A stretch of 61,561 nt of DNA, counting the filler, from Circinaria calcarea (Eukaryota): the NCBI GenBank assembly GCA_051942165.1. It is 17 parts of 17 records of this genome, joined end to end, with 100 filler letters (N's around TTAATTAATTAA, not from the genome) between each part and the next. Parts side by side here need not be neighbours in the genome. Positions count along the whole stretch, not along the records: positions 36,323 to 39,846 come from JAVECS010002773.1; positions 39,947 to 43,469 come from JAVECS010002774.1; positions 43,570 to 47,090 come from JAVECS010002775.1; positions 47,191 to 50,711 come from JAVECS010002776.1; 13 more parts are not named here. One strand, written 5' to 3'. The translations under genes were made by a program, and so were the position numbers. The notes under the pieces are model-generated. The model did no database searches, was not told where the DNA came from, and was given only the letters and a program-made list of their open reading frames with translations. Below, in pieces: positions 36,909-49,035 of this stretch (positions are counted from its first letter, which is position 1; each line of letters opens with the position of its first letter).

Positions 36909-37971
36909 ATGCGCATAGCGTGTTTGCAATTCTCTCCTCGACTTGGCCGAATCCCAGAGAACATTGCCAAAGCCAATGCCCTGCTTGAGGCGGCCGACAC
37001 GGCAAATCTCGACCTCCTCGTCCTGCCCGAGCTTGCATTCACCGGTACCCGCCTCTCCCCTCCCTTTCGCCCCAATCCCCTTCCACTGACATCCAAGAAA
37101 AACACAAGGCTACAACTTCCCCTCCCTCGCCGCTATATCCCCTTATCTTGAACCTACCGCCGCCGGCCCCACCACAACATGGGCCATCTCCACTGCCTCC
37201 CGCCTAAACTGCATTGTCAGCGTGGGCTACCCCGAAACCACCACCATCACCCCCAGTCCCGGTTCCAGCTCCTCTCAAACCCCTCCCCCAAGGATAAACT
37301 ACAACTCCACCATTACCGTTTCCCCGTCCGGCCAGATCCTAGCTCACTACCGCAAAACCCACCTCTACTGCACCGACGAACCATGGGCGAGCGAATCTGA
37401 CACCGGATGGCTGACTACCATTCTGCCCTTTTTAACCTCTACCCAATCCCGTCTGGACGCACTAAAAATGACCCAGCCGCCTCATACGAGTCTCGAAATT
37501 GGTAATGGCGTGCGTACCACTTTCGGAATCTGCATGGACCTAAACCCCCACCGCTTCGTCTCTCCGTGGACCGATTATGAATTCGCCTCGCACGCCCTTT
37601 CCACCCACGCCTCCCTGATTATCCTAAGCACTGCGTGGACAACCACCCTGCCGGACGAAAACCTCTCCTCGCTAGCAAAACAACCCGATCTCTCCACACT
37701 CTCCTATTGGCTCTCGCGCTTGAAACCGCTAATCGATGCGGACGACGGCGTGGAAAGGATAGCGGTGATTGGGAATCGGACGGGTAGGGAGGGGGAAGTG
37801 GGGTATGCGGGGACGAGCGTTGTTGTGGGTGTAGGAGGTAGGAGGACTTGGATCTGGGGGATCTTGGGAAGGGGAGAGGAGGGGATGCTGGTGGTTGATA
37901 CGGAGGAAGAGGCTAGATGGGTGGTGCAGACGAGAGAAAGGGAGGGAGAATCAGAGGGGGAAATGGAGTAG
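36909..37971 (+). CDS. NTA1: Protein N-terminal amidase (carbon-nitrogen hydrolase family); intron 37045-37108
   Basis: MRIACLQFSP, LLVLPELAFT|GYNFP, VGYPE, YRKTHLY.TDE.WA, GICMDLNP.RF..PW..YEFA, STAW, NRTG.EG. The Glu-Lys-Cys triad is intact. Confidence 0.88.
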
Positions 37972-38590
37972 GACGAAAGACCGATGCGAGCAATGCCGGT
38001 CAAGAATTTACGGATACTGGTATCTCCATGAAATCTCGTCGGTCATGCAGTTGATTCTTCTCGATGACGACCTCTATAGAGCCTCGGCGTAGAAGATCAT
38101 CACACAGAAGATTGACACCCTCTGTGCGAAATCTATACCGGAAATGGACCTGGTAATCTGCTATTTTGGTTAGCGTTCGACGTTCCTTCAATATTGGCAC
38201 CATCTTCCCCCCCCCACCCCCTTCCTCGAATTCTATTCCTACGGCATCGCCTTCGGGGCTTGTAAAATAACAGCAGTGCGGAGATTCGGAATTTGTCGTC
38301 CAGGATCAGGGGTTTCCCGTAAATTCAGGGAGCTAAGGGGAGAAAAACAAAAAGCTGGTAAAGCTTGCGGATAAGAAGCTCCTGAGGTGAATTGAAAACA
38401 CAACATATGAAATTGCTCCAGAGTAGTAGATACCGGACCTTGGACTATTTGTTACTTGGGGTTTTTTGGGGTGGAAATGGGCGTGTTTGATGGTGGTGTT
38501 GCTGTTGGTTGGATAGGTGCCCGCCGACTGCGGAGAACCCTAATCTTAGCAGTCGCTACCATAAGGGTTAAGCTTTGGTGTTGTAGCATA

Positions 38591-38713
38591 CTGGTCTACA
38601 AGCATATTAGTCGTTGATAAGCTTGGCAAAACAGGGTATATCTTAAGTACAGCGACCAATTAAAGCCCGGTACTGGCAGATCGCACTAACGACTAATATG
38701 CTTTGTAGACCAG
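38591..38713. mobile_element. MITE-like element (Tc1/mariner type), 123 bp
   Basis: Terminal inverted repeats ctggtctacaa-gcatattagtcgtt / aacgactaatatgctttgtagaccag (one indel), flanked by TA on both sides (38589-90 and 38714-15). Confidence 0.7.
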
Positions 38714-39465
38714 TAATTGGATAGTGGGAATTCTAGAGCTGGGAGGTTTAGCAAAATTCTGTAAGAGGTGTGTTATGTACGGAAGGCCGGCACCGACACC
38801 TTAAGCCTGATGTGGGAAGACCTAAGTGACAGGCATACCCTGCTCAAGCGGAATCCGCCCCTTCGTATTGGCCAGAATAGGTCCAGTAATATAACATAGC
38901 TCCGATGTTAAATAACATCGGAGCCATGCTATGCTAGACAAGGGCTCTTTCGAGAGTAGGGTATAGATTGGCTGGAATACAGTTATTCCGAGCCCTACAT
39001 TACATTAGTTTAACATAACAAAAGTCCAGCGAAACCTCGGGCACTAATAAAATCTTAATTCTGGCCAATCAGCGGAGAAGAAATGCCCATTTACACAGTA
39101 ATTTGTGCAGGGAAACCAAACCCCCCCCTACTAGTATAGCGTGCACGGTTCGGTCTGCTTGAGCAACAATCTAAGGGATAGGTAGATAGCGAATCGAGGA
39201 CGCAAAAATACCTTTGTCTGGTCGATGCTCGATTGTGGCAGTGCAACTTGAAGGATTGGAGTATGACGCCAAAGCCAAGGAAACACCCCACCGAAGATAG
39301 GTGATCCGAGTACGGAACTCGTCCGGCATACCAGCTTACCAACAATAGCTTATTAATTGGCCTTTGTAGGCTTGTATAAGAGCTTCACAACCCAAGGTCA
39401 GTTGCCAGAATGTCGTCAAGGTCCCTGACTCTCCACAATTCCGTTCATCGAAGTCCCACACAGTT

Positions 39466-39846
39466 ATGGCCGCCATAGCCTTTCCCAACACCAGCAGCTC
39501 TGTTCGCCTACCATCCGGCGTCACTTATAGCTACGTCCATGTCAAACCCTTGTCCCCAAAAGGCGAAGAAAGCAAGCAGAAGCCATATATTCTCTTCATA
39601 CACGGCTTCCCAAGCAGCAGCTATGACTGGCGGCACCAGATCTCATATTTCTCAACTCTAGGCTACGGCATTATAGCCCCCGACATGCTGGGCTACGGGG
39701 GCACGGACAAACCCAAGGAGATTGAAGCATATAAGCTGAAGAAGATGTGCGAGGAAGTCATTGGGATTCTTGACCATGAGAAGATTGATAAGATGCATGG
39801 GGTGGGCCATGACTGGTATATTTCCTCTGCAACGCTTCCACCCTCA
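39466..39846 (+). CDS. Alpha/beta hydrolase, soluble epoxide hydrolase-like, 3' truncated
   Basis: LFIHGFPSSSYDWRHQI, IIAPDMLGYGGTDKP, and GHDW followed by a GTATAT donor site (Asp nucleophile GHDWG). Confidence 0.9.
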
Positions 39847-39946
39847 NNNNNNNNNNNNNNNNNNNNNNNNNNNNNNNNNNNNNNNNNNNNTTAATTAATT
39901 AANNNNNNNNNNNNNNNNNNNNNNNNNNNNNNNNNNNNNNNNNNNN

Positions 39947-40521
39947 GCTATCCATTGGCTCCTATGACGGCTCCTCTCTCGGAGCCCCTTACGAAGCCCC
40001 CAAACCCCCAACCAAACCCGACGTCAAAGAGGGCATGAAACTGTACGAAGGAAGTTGCCACTGCGGCGCCGTCACCTACACGCTTGAGAGCGAGCCACTC
40101 ACCATGGTGCGGTCCTGCGACTGTAGTATCTGCCGTCGAGTACGTTTTTCTCTCCCCCAAGACACAAAATCCACCCACAACATGCACTCTCACCACCCAC
40201 AGCACCGCTAATAATCCCTCACCTTTGCAGAAGAACTACCGCTGGATTTATCCTCCCAAAGAAGCCGTCACCATCCACGGCCGGGACGCCTTAACCGGCT
40301 ACCAATTCGGCTCCAAGTTGGCTAACCACATGTTCTGCAAGACCTGCGGCGTCTCCGTGTTCAACATAATCAACGACTTCCCGCTGCAGCCCATCAATGC
40401 GCGCACGTTGAATGGAGTGGATTTGGACAAGCTGGAGGTGTCCGCGGAGATTGATCCGAAGGTGAAGGAGGCGATTGATGAGCGTATGCGCAAGGCTGCC
40501 GATGCCAAGGCGGAATCTTAA
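39947..40521 (+). CDS. GFA/CENP-V (Mss4-like) Zn-binding protein, 5' truncated; intron 40140-40230
   Basis: YEGSCHCGAVTY, CDCSICRR|KNYRWIYP, YQFG, HMFCKTCGVSVF, INARTLNGVDL. Confidence 0.9.
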
Positions 40522-41219
40522 CGGTATAGGACATAACAACGGTTGATTGGCCAGTAAAGTTAGTTTGGGGATCCATGCGTTATTTTACCAAACCAGTAGC
40601 GATAGGAAGCCAATATGAACAGCTAACTAGCAAGGAATATTACCCACCCTTCCAACTAAAAGCCACCGAATTAAAAACCCCTCCCTTACCTACACCTTGC
40701 CTATCAGATCTCACCTCCAAACTCCGGCGTATATCCAAATCTCCCTCTCCGTCAGTACTCACCCGGTCGATCTCTCCCGTGCCTGCCCCAGTTGGCGAGC
40801 AGAGGAGCTGAGCATGATTTCCAAACCCCGAGAGTTATCTGAAGGAATTTGCCCCCGGTCCGCTGAGCAGCATGAGGATACCTCTGCCCTTGTATTTGCA
40901 TTTGCATTTGCCTTGCACACAAAGTCATCCGAAGCTGGAGTCAAGTCGAGTTGAGTCGGGCCTTTTGCCCTCGGCGAGGGCGAAGGGCGAAGGGCGAAGG
41001 GCGAAGACGGAGAAAATGAGCGTTTCTTCTCGTCATTTCGGCAAGCACTTGAGGCTACCGAAAAAGGCATTTCTCATTCCATGGGGGGATAATTCGGCAA
41101 AGTTCCGTCCAAATGGCAGAATTTCGGCCCTTACCCTCTTGTCTTTTTTTAATTTTTTTTTAATTTTTTAATTTTTAAAAAAACCCCCTTTTCGAACGTA
41201 GGGGTATGTATCATACAGG

Positions 41220-42850
41220 TTTTCATCGACCGTTAGAAATTCGATCCGATATCTTGACAATCGTTTTGAAGACGAAGAAATAAAAGTTGAGGATTCCTGG
41301 CTTTGGATCCTCCTTTACGTATGCTAGTCTTAGGGGACTTTTGGGTGTTCGGGGACTACGGTATGAATCGTGATCATCAGATTGGTGCATAAAACTTAGT
41401 GGTGACGATGGAGGCGGGATGACAGGGTGGTGAATATAACAATGGTAGAGGAGGAGGAATGCTTGGTCGGTATTGTCGACGATGGTGAGATTTATCCACT
41501 TCAATAATCACATCTTCCTCGTATGGCGGATACTGCGGCGCACCATACTGGTGCGATCTTATGGCGTGTATTTAAAAGACTTGAGGAGAACGGGGTCCCG
41601 TCTGGGCCATTTCTGAATAGCCCTTGTAAGCCTGAACATCGTTAATCACACATTCATTGGTCTGTTTGAATTAGCTGTTCGCGCCGAAATGATAGCAATA
41701 GATGGTGAATCTTAATATCAGAGGACTCACCATGATGCTTGACAAAACATCAACATGTATTGCTGCCGCTTCCCTGGTGATTCCAGAGGCATTGTATGCC
41801 TTAAAGTGAAATCCCTTCAAAGCCCCAAACTTCTTTCCTCGTCTCGAGTAGTTTGTCTTTTATCTCGAGGTTCTGAGGGTGGAGGTTAAGAGGCATAGCC
41901 CCAAGTCAGTGACATGAGCCGCGCCCTCGTAATATTGAATATACTTGGATCTTGTTCCGTACCCAAAGGAAACACCATCATAGTCTATCTACTCGCATGG
42001 TAGCTGATAAATGACACTGCTCTTGAAAACACTTTGAGGCCTCATGATGCACTTTTGTCCACTCCGGGCTGAATAGGTCAAGATACCCGGTTTCAGGATA
42101 GTTCATAGAGCATCAAACGAAATAGCGCCATGTGTACGACAGTCTACGAGTAACTCGTTTGAGTACTCGAATGAAGACTCCAAGGATTGCACAAGGACTC
42201 TGAGATGATTTCATGTTTCCGTAATAGTCTCCTCTGTTGGAGCCTTGAGAATGTCTTCCCAGTAATGAAACAAGGACTGAAACGGTGCCTCAGAAGCCAA
42301 TGTTTTGGACTCAATGATGATACCTGGATAGCCTGCGAGTACAGTCGATAGTACCTTACGAATAAGCGGGCTTTGGATGACAATCGAATGCACCATGAAA
42401 GGATCTTCTTCTCCATGACCTTTGCGCTTGCGGACCAACAAAGCAGCACTACCATCATATTCATGGATAAGAACCTTTATTAGCCTCTGTGACTTCCTTT
42501 GGAATCTTACCTACCCAGTTGAGACAACATCTGCATGTCAGGGCCATTTTAAAGGGTATTTGCCTTGCATTGGGTCCCTAACTCCGCTGTTTTCAAAAAC
42601 AAATGGAGAATCTTGACGAGATGATGCGTTCGACTCCTCATTTGAGCCGTCACGTCTACCCCCAAAATTCAGTGGGCGAGTCGACGCTTACCAACTCATT
42701 CTTTGCGTTCGGGGGTGGCGTTTCAATAGGCTCATCAAATTCTTCGTTGGCCCATTCGGTAGAGAACTCTGGTAGCTTGCTTTCGTGATATGCTAAACAA
42801 ATTTTGCTGTCTTGAGAAACACTCGTAATTAGGTTATTCGAGTCTTTAGC
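41220..42850 (-). pseudogene. Decayed N-terminal half of a fungal DUF7025/AAA+ ATPase gene
   Basis: HSIVIQSPLIRKVLSTVLAGYPG...EAPFQSLFHYWEDI, ISFDAL*TILKPG (Trp position now TGA), *IDYDGVSFG, RRGKKFGALKGFHFKAY, GRIMI. Multiple stops and frameshifts. No AAA core seen. Boundaries approximate. Confidence 0.7.
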
Positions 42851-45800
42851 TTTGAGCCAAGATATCTTTCGATGGAAAAGTGGCTAAAGAAAATGTTTAT
42901 GCGCTGAAGATATTCGCATAATACTCAACTGCAAGGTTTGGTCAAGACTTCATGTGAAGAACGGAGGCAGACGGGGAAGATATACTCGATCAATCAACCA
43001 AGGCTCCGATCCCAAATGGTTGCCCTCCCATTTACACAGGACTCTAGGCTGCAACCCGGCCAGCGCAACTTGCACGAGTAGCCTGAATTCTCAACCGCGA
43101 AGTCAGCCTTGCTGACAACCTTAGGTGCATCACAGTGAAGAAATTTATGTTCTCTCTTAGTCGCTATCGGCTCTGAAATTTTAAGCACGAAGACTACTGA
43201 CACTCTAGAGAATCTAGCATAGAGGAAGTACACTAGAGATCTCCAAAAACGGCTATTGGTATACGGTGTATAGAGCTGATTAGCTACAAGACAGCGAAAC
43301 CTGGTCTTTCAAAGCTACTGGTACATTAGAGCGCCAACCTTTGGACTGATACAGAAGCTCGAATTATGACCAGTCGAAGCATGCTAAGTGGAATCATAGC
43401 TGCAGAGTGACTCTCAGTCCGTTCACAATCTTCGCCAGACCGATGCATGAATCCATAGAGTAAGGCAATNNNNNNNNNNNNNNNNNNNNNNNNNNNNNNN
43501 NNNNNNNNNNNNNTTAATTAATTAANNNNNNNNNNNNNNNNNNNNNNNNNNNNNNNNNNNNNNNNNNNNGGGAGGGGAGAGGAATGCCAATGGGAATGGT
43601 AATGGGCCCAAAGGTGGGAAGGTAGGAAATCAGGGGGCGAGCACCATGAATGACAAGGACCGGTTGGCAGCAGAGGCGAGAAAGAAGAGGTTCGCGGCTG
43701 CAGCATAGAGGGGGCTTAATCCCCAGCTGGGACATTGCAGCTGTGAGAGCTTTCAAGAAGGGACATGTCGCGAGTATGGAAGGCTTCTTTTTCGTTTCGA
43801 AGCACAAGGGTCATTTGGAAACGGCACTTGTACGATACACTGCCGCCAGAAGACGGCGAGTACGAGATCCTTTGCGCGTGGAGTTGGGAGAAATGTACTA
43901 CTATACTCATTCGACTTTATCAACCAAGATTTCACGTGACCAAACCGACATCATCGATCATGTTTACGGGTCGAGAGCTGCTGGCTTCTGCGTTTGGTTC
44001 CACATCTGGGCTATTGGAATCGATGCATTTCGCAGCGGTAGCATGCCATCATCGAGTTTTCCAAGGTTCGAAAGATGGTTTCTATTGCTACGCTGACACC
44101 AGTGCTATCGGGTCCTTGGTAAGTACCGCTTTAAACCCGAGACCGTCCAGATTTCCCATCGGTATCTCGCACTACCCATTTTCAATGGCTTTCCTTGTCC
44201 TGGTCGGATCCTCAAAGCCCTCCACTATTACTGGGGCTTCATCTGTCCAACAGTCTTCTTATCTTTCTCCTTGACCCGAAGCGAGTTACTCCTACATATC
44301 TCCAAGGCTCTTCTCCTGCGATTCAACAGTTCGGAATCATTGAAGGCGGCTTTAGAACGAAAAGATGCTATAGATGCTAAAGATGTCGGAGCTTATGGGC
44401 AGGCCGCTTGATTGGTTAGGGAAGAAAGATGGTGAGGATGACACCTGTAATAGACACTATAGCTTAGGGCAGATTCAACGGGGAGGGAAGTGAGATAGGA
44501 ATGAACAACTGGTGTTCAAGCAGGTTCTGGGGCCGCGAAGGATGGATGTCTCTCTAGGAGGGAGTGGAGGAAGGGATGGAACGTCAGAAAGGATGAACTG
44601 GAGGACAGTGTTCGATGAATACGGGAAAGGTGAATATGACTGGGAGCGCGGTAGTAGGGGAGGAATTCATGATACGAGACTTAGGGCTGTACCGATTGGG
44701 AGGCTATTTAGCAGCTGGGCGTGGCGATATCTAAGGTTGGATGATGGTGGAATAGTGATGCATGAGGCATCCCACCAATTTTGTTGCCGGAGAACTCTGC
44801 TGCTACTTAAGATTCTGAACGGTGCCATGCTGTGCTTTGACGCTCACTGAGTTGTTCTCTAGAAGGTAGTTCGCTTGAAGAAGCACTCTTGAGTTATTTT
44901 TGCTGGTTAATTCTCGTGCGGTTCGCGGTGTTCTACTACTGGTTTCCTGTTTCGGCAGTACTTTCCGTAGGTTGTCTGTGGTGGCATCACCTGTTCTTGA
45001 ACGAGATGTACCAGGTAGACTATACCGTCCACCCGCACTGGCTCTGCGTTCCCACGGAGTATTCTCGACTTCTCATGGTTCCCCTCCTTTCCTGACCACC
45101 TCGAGGTCACATGACTGAAATGGCACCGACAGACCGGTTCTGGTGCTAGCCAATCAGAAGCTGCCGATGGCTTTTGTGAGCGTGGTGTCGATAAAGTGCG
45201 AGGCTAAGCTTCGTCCAGGGTGTCACACCTGAGATGGGTTATGCGAACGCTTCCACGACATCAGAGCGCTCCCGCGAGTGGTAAATTGCCTCACGGCGGT
45301 GGATCAAACCGGTATGGGTGACGCTGAGGACCACTCGGTCGTCGTGAAACTTGCATCGGCGGTGACTTGCTCATAGGCGAATCAATCGGAGCGCACACAG
45401 CTCAATGGCCATACAGATTCCGAGTTCCAAGCGCTCATGCCCAGATTGTACGGATTCGGATGAGGAGGATCTACTTCTTTAATAACGCTACACGGAGTAG
45501 TACCGCGTTCACGGAGTACGGAGTATGGACTGTTCATGGCACAATTGGACATGACGGGGATAACAACGAAGGAATGATGGAGCAGACGCCACACTTTGGC
45601 CTATGCGGTAGTTCATGTGTCTGCTGAGTTTATGGGTGCATCTTATTATTGGCATCAGCTGTGTATAGCCCGTGGATCTTCCTCCTCCTCGCGCTTACCA
45701 GGAACACAGACTGGCCCGCCCGGGCTGAAGATGGAATATGGAGGGCAACTTCTTTGACGCCGTCCCTCGAGCACCAAATTTGCCGCAATGTGTCGGCGGT

Positions 45801-47527
45801 TTAGTGGACAATCGACCATTGAAGTCGAGATTCGCCAAGATGACATGTCCCAGGAGCGCAAAGCTCTCCTGGAACAACCGACTAGAACTGATTAAGGCCC
45901 TGTCCGGGGGAAGTGACTCTGGCGGCAAAAGGATGCTGATCAGAGCGCGCTGTCACTTGCATGCATTTCCCTCTCCGTTGTACCAGGGTCTCGACGAATG
46001 GACCTTCCTGTCACATTTGCTGCCCAGCGTTGACTGGCTGCTGCGAACCGGCTGGCAGCAGAGTCAGCGTCGTTACATCCAATCCAACCGTACCCTTTGG
46101 GCCCTCTAGAAGACTCGAGATCGTGACAACGACCGGGAGTCTTTCACTGTACTCGAATCAAACCGATCAAGTGACCGAGGACCAATGTACTGTACTTTGC
46201 AATGCCTCATCGGCTGATGGGGACGAATACTTTGTTTGGCCTTTGGTCTCATTCCCATCACCCCGGCCTCTCGCACACAGAATTGCACGAGGAACGGCCA
46301 GTCCGTCTCAACTTAGCCCGGCTGTAGGCGCACCCGCTAAACCGCATTCTTCCTTAGCGGGCCCCTGCTGTGCACAACCCGCATCTTGGCCCACACCATC
46401 TCGACCCTCTCCCAGACCCCGGCCCGTCCTTTTTTTCCCTGAGCCAACATCCCCCCACTATGGAAATCACCTGGGAAATCTCTCTGATCGACGGGTGGGA
46501 CGACGAGCAGCATCCAATCGAATTAATCCTAATATTCTCAACGCATATTAAATCCTTTAATTAGGTTAACCGTCCCTTTTACCCTTTCCGTTTGCGTTTC
46601 CGCTGGGATTGCTGTACTTGTACCTCGGTTTCCCCCGATGCTATATTCGCTCCGCTCCCTTTCTGCGCCTTCAGCTGGTCGACTCTTTGCTGCTGAATCC
46701 AAAGACGACCGACCTCACCGCCAGAGTAGTGCTTCAGCGGTCTCCGGCACTACCTCCCAAAAGTATAGGTGGCGGTGCTGGATCTACCCCGGATACCGTT
46801 AGCATCGAGAAAGACAACTCAGACGTCTAAGAATACACGCACCGTTGATTTTGATATCGCTTCTTTTTCTCTTCCATGCACACACTTAATTGCGCATGCA
46901 TGCCTAACTTTCATTGCTCGGAGAATTTAATTTCTGCTTCACTCCTCCACCTGCATACTGCTACTGCTATCCCTTGGGCATGTCGGCGTTGACGCTAGCA
47001 GCTGTATCGCTACTGCCGGGGTGAGTCAGCACCACACCTCGGCGACTTGTCAAACTGACATTGGAACAGCCGGTGATGAGTTGCCCTGGANNNNNNNNNN
47101 NNNNNNNNNNNNNNNNNNNNNNNNNNNNNNNNNNTTAATTAATTAANNNNNNNNNNNNNNNNNNNNNNNNNNNNNNNNNNNNNNNNNNNNCCCGCGGTCC
47201 GAATGTTACATTTTGGTTTTACCAAAGGTTCCACGAAAATGAATTGAGAAAATGACAATAGGGATTGAAAGGTAAAGGCTACAGGAGGAGAGCCTTGATA
47301 CGATTTCAATGCTATCCCAACATATTAAGGAGTAAGAATATAGAGAAATCTCAAGGAGTTGGGAGATACTATGCATATAAAGGTCTTAAACATGGAGTTT
47401 ATCCACTTATTGAATATTCCATATCACGTTCAACAAGGAGAGAATCTTGATCATGAAATGATGAGTTCATACTGGGCGTAGGCTCCAGTAAGCGAAGCAA
47501 GGAGAGCTGATGAGTACATTACATTGC

Positions 47528-48727
47528 TCAAAGCTTCCACACCTGCCAACCCGTCACACCAACCCCTTCCAACATGCCACCGAGGGGCCCCTGCTGCTCC
47601 AATCCACCCATCCAATGCTTCGGCCCGGCGTAGTGGGCTATGAATCCGTCTGGCCCCGAGATAAGGATTAGTTTGATCCCGGCTCCTGGCTCCCGCATGG
47701 ATTGCTCTTCGAGGTAGCGGAGTAAGACGGATTCGGTGATGGTGGTGCCCTCCTCGTCCACGAAGTAGTCAACGTTGATTTTGCCGGGGTGCTTCTTCTT
47801 GAGGCACTCAAGCTCTTGGACGATCGGTGTTGGGGCTGTTGCAGTATTGGTTGTAGTTGCCCGTTTCTTATCTTCAACATGCAACAGCTTTTTTAACCAA
47901 GCAGCCACCCCATTGACGCGAGGACCCTCCGAATCGCGAACGCCCCCTTCACAATCTTCGCGCTTCTTGTTTGCCCAGAGAATGTTCACATTCGGCACCG
48001 TACGTCCTTCACCGCCCCTAACATGAAACAACGTATGAATAGCTTGGAGTGCTGGTGCTATGCCCGTACCACCTGCCAGAAATAGTACTTCCTTCACACC
48101 ATCTGGTATCTCGTACTCGATATAAGGACCACGTAGATAGATTGTATCACAGACGTCAAGCCTACGAACGTAGCTTGAGACTTCCCCGCCGGGGTGATGA
48201 CGGATAAGGAAGCGAAGCTGATCGGAGTCGACAATGTCGGTGGTGTTTGTGGGTGGAAGTAGGGAGGGTGGAATTGGGGTATAAGACCTTGCGATCTGCA
48301 ATTGGGGTTGGAGGATTAATACGCTCCACAGGCCTTTTCGCGAGTTTTCATCGTAGTAATTCCTGATAGAGACGAGCTCGAGGGGCTTGAGGGTGATAAC
48401 TTCGCTCGTAGAAGATACGCGATCTCTGCCCGAAATGAAGAAGGGTAAGAAGTTCTGACGATTTAGCAGTGGTGTTTCGACAGGATTCTGGAGTGTGGAA
48501 AGTAGAGCAGAGACTCCGACACCTAGAGTTGATACAGTTCCGGCCATTGCAATGGTTTTCCACCTTCGATTCGAGGCCTGTGTTTTGGTGTTGTTGGGGG
48601 TGGAGGAGAAGCGCTCATGATGGCGGGCTTTGTGTGGGCTAACCCACTTTGGCCGGCGGTCATAGCTCTGACGATACAATCTCATATATCTAGAGCCTAC
48701 ATCGTGAAGCCTGGAAAAGCTTCGCAT
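47528..48727 (-). CDS. CYC2: Cyc2-like mitochondrial FAD/NAD(P)H oxidoreductase (cytochrome b5 reductase family)
   Basis: R/S-rich presequence, a TM segment, QPQLQIARSYTP, GEVSSY, LRGP, FLAGGTGIAPALQ, ILWAN, SGPDGFIAHYAGPK, QGPLGG. Start could be 48727 or slightly downstream. Confidence 0.85.
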   Translation of the reverse strand: MRSFSRLHDVGSRYMRLYRQSYDRRPKWVSPHKARHHERFSSTPNNTKTQASNRRWKTIAMAGTVSTLGVGVSALLSTLQNPVETPLLNRQNFLPFFISGRDRVSSTSEVITLKPLELVSIRNYYDENSRKGLWSVLILQPQLQIARSYTPIPPSLLPPTNTTDIVDSDQLRFLIRHHPGGEVSSYVRRLDVCDTIYLRGPYIEYEIPDGVKEVLFLAGGTGIAPALQAIHTLFHVRGGEGRTVPNVNILWANKKREDCEGGVRDSEGPRVNGVAAWLKKLLHVEDKKRATTTNTATAPTPIVQELECLKKKHPGKINVDYFVDEEGTTITESVLLRYLEEQSMREPGAGIKLILISGPDGFIAHYAGPKHWMGGLEQQGPLGGMLEGVGVTGWQVWKL

Positions 48728-49035
48728 CTGCTGTAACGCAGTTGTAATCAGCAGATGTTGATGCTTAGATGATAAGTATCGGAAGACGTGCAATCATGAT
48801 TAGTCTATGCAGCCAAAACACGCTACGGCGGCAAAGGATCCGTCCTCCGTCATCCGTCCGCCATCCTTGTCCGTCCAACAACAGTCTTCTGCTTGCAAAA
48901 GAACATGACAGCAGTTCTGTATTGTACGACAACAATGTCCACAAGTATCAAAGTGCTTTTTGAGATTAACTGCATCTTTAGTATGGCTACGCTTAGGAGA
49001 TAGAAGAGCCCAAGGAGTACGGAGGGAAGAGGGCG

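Noticed and set aside
38520..38900. Group I intron-like motifs (ctgcggagaaccctaa, aatccgc)
   Set aside because: No recognisable R/S (P7) elements and no host rRNA; better explained by MITE-like repeats.
43570..47090. ORFs 43650-44274 and 45961-46551, and a possible first exon near 46979-47021
   Set aside because: No recognisable motifs or consistent gene model. Probably a relic plus a long upstream region of a gene beyond the contig end.
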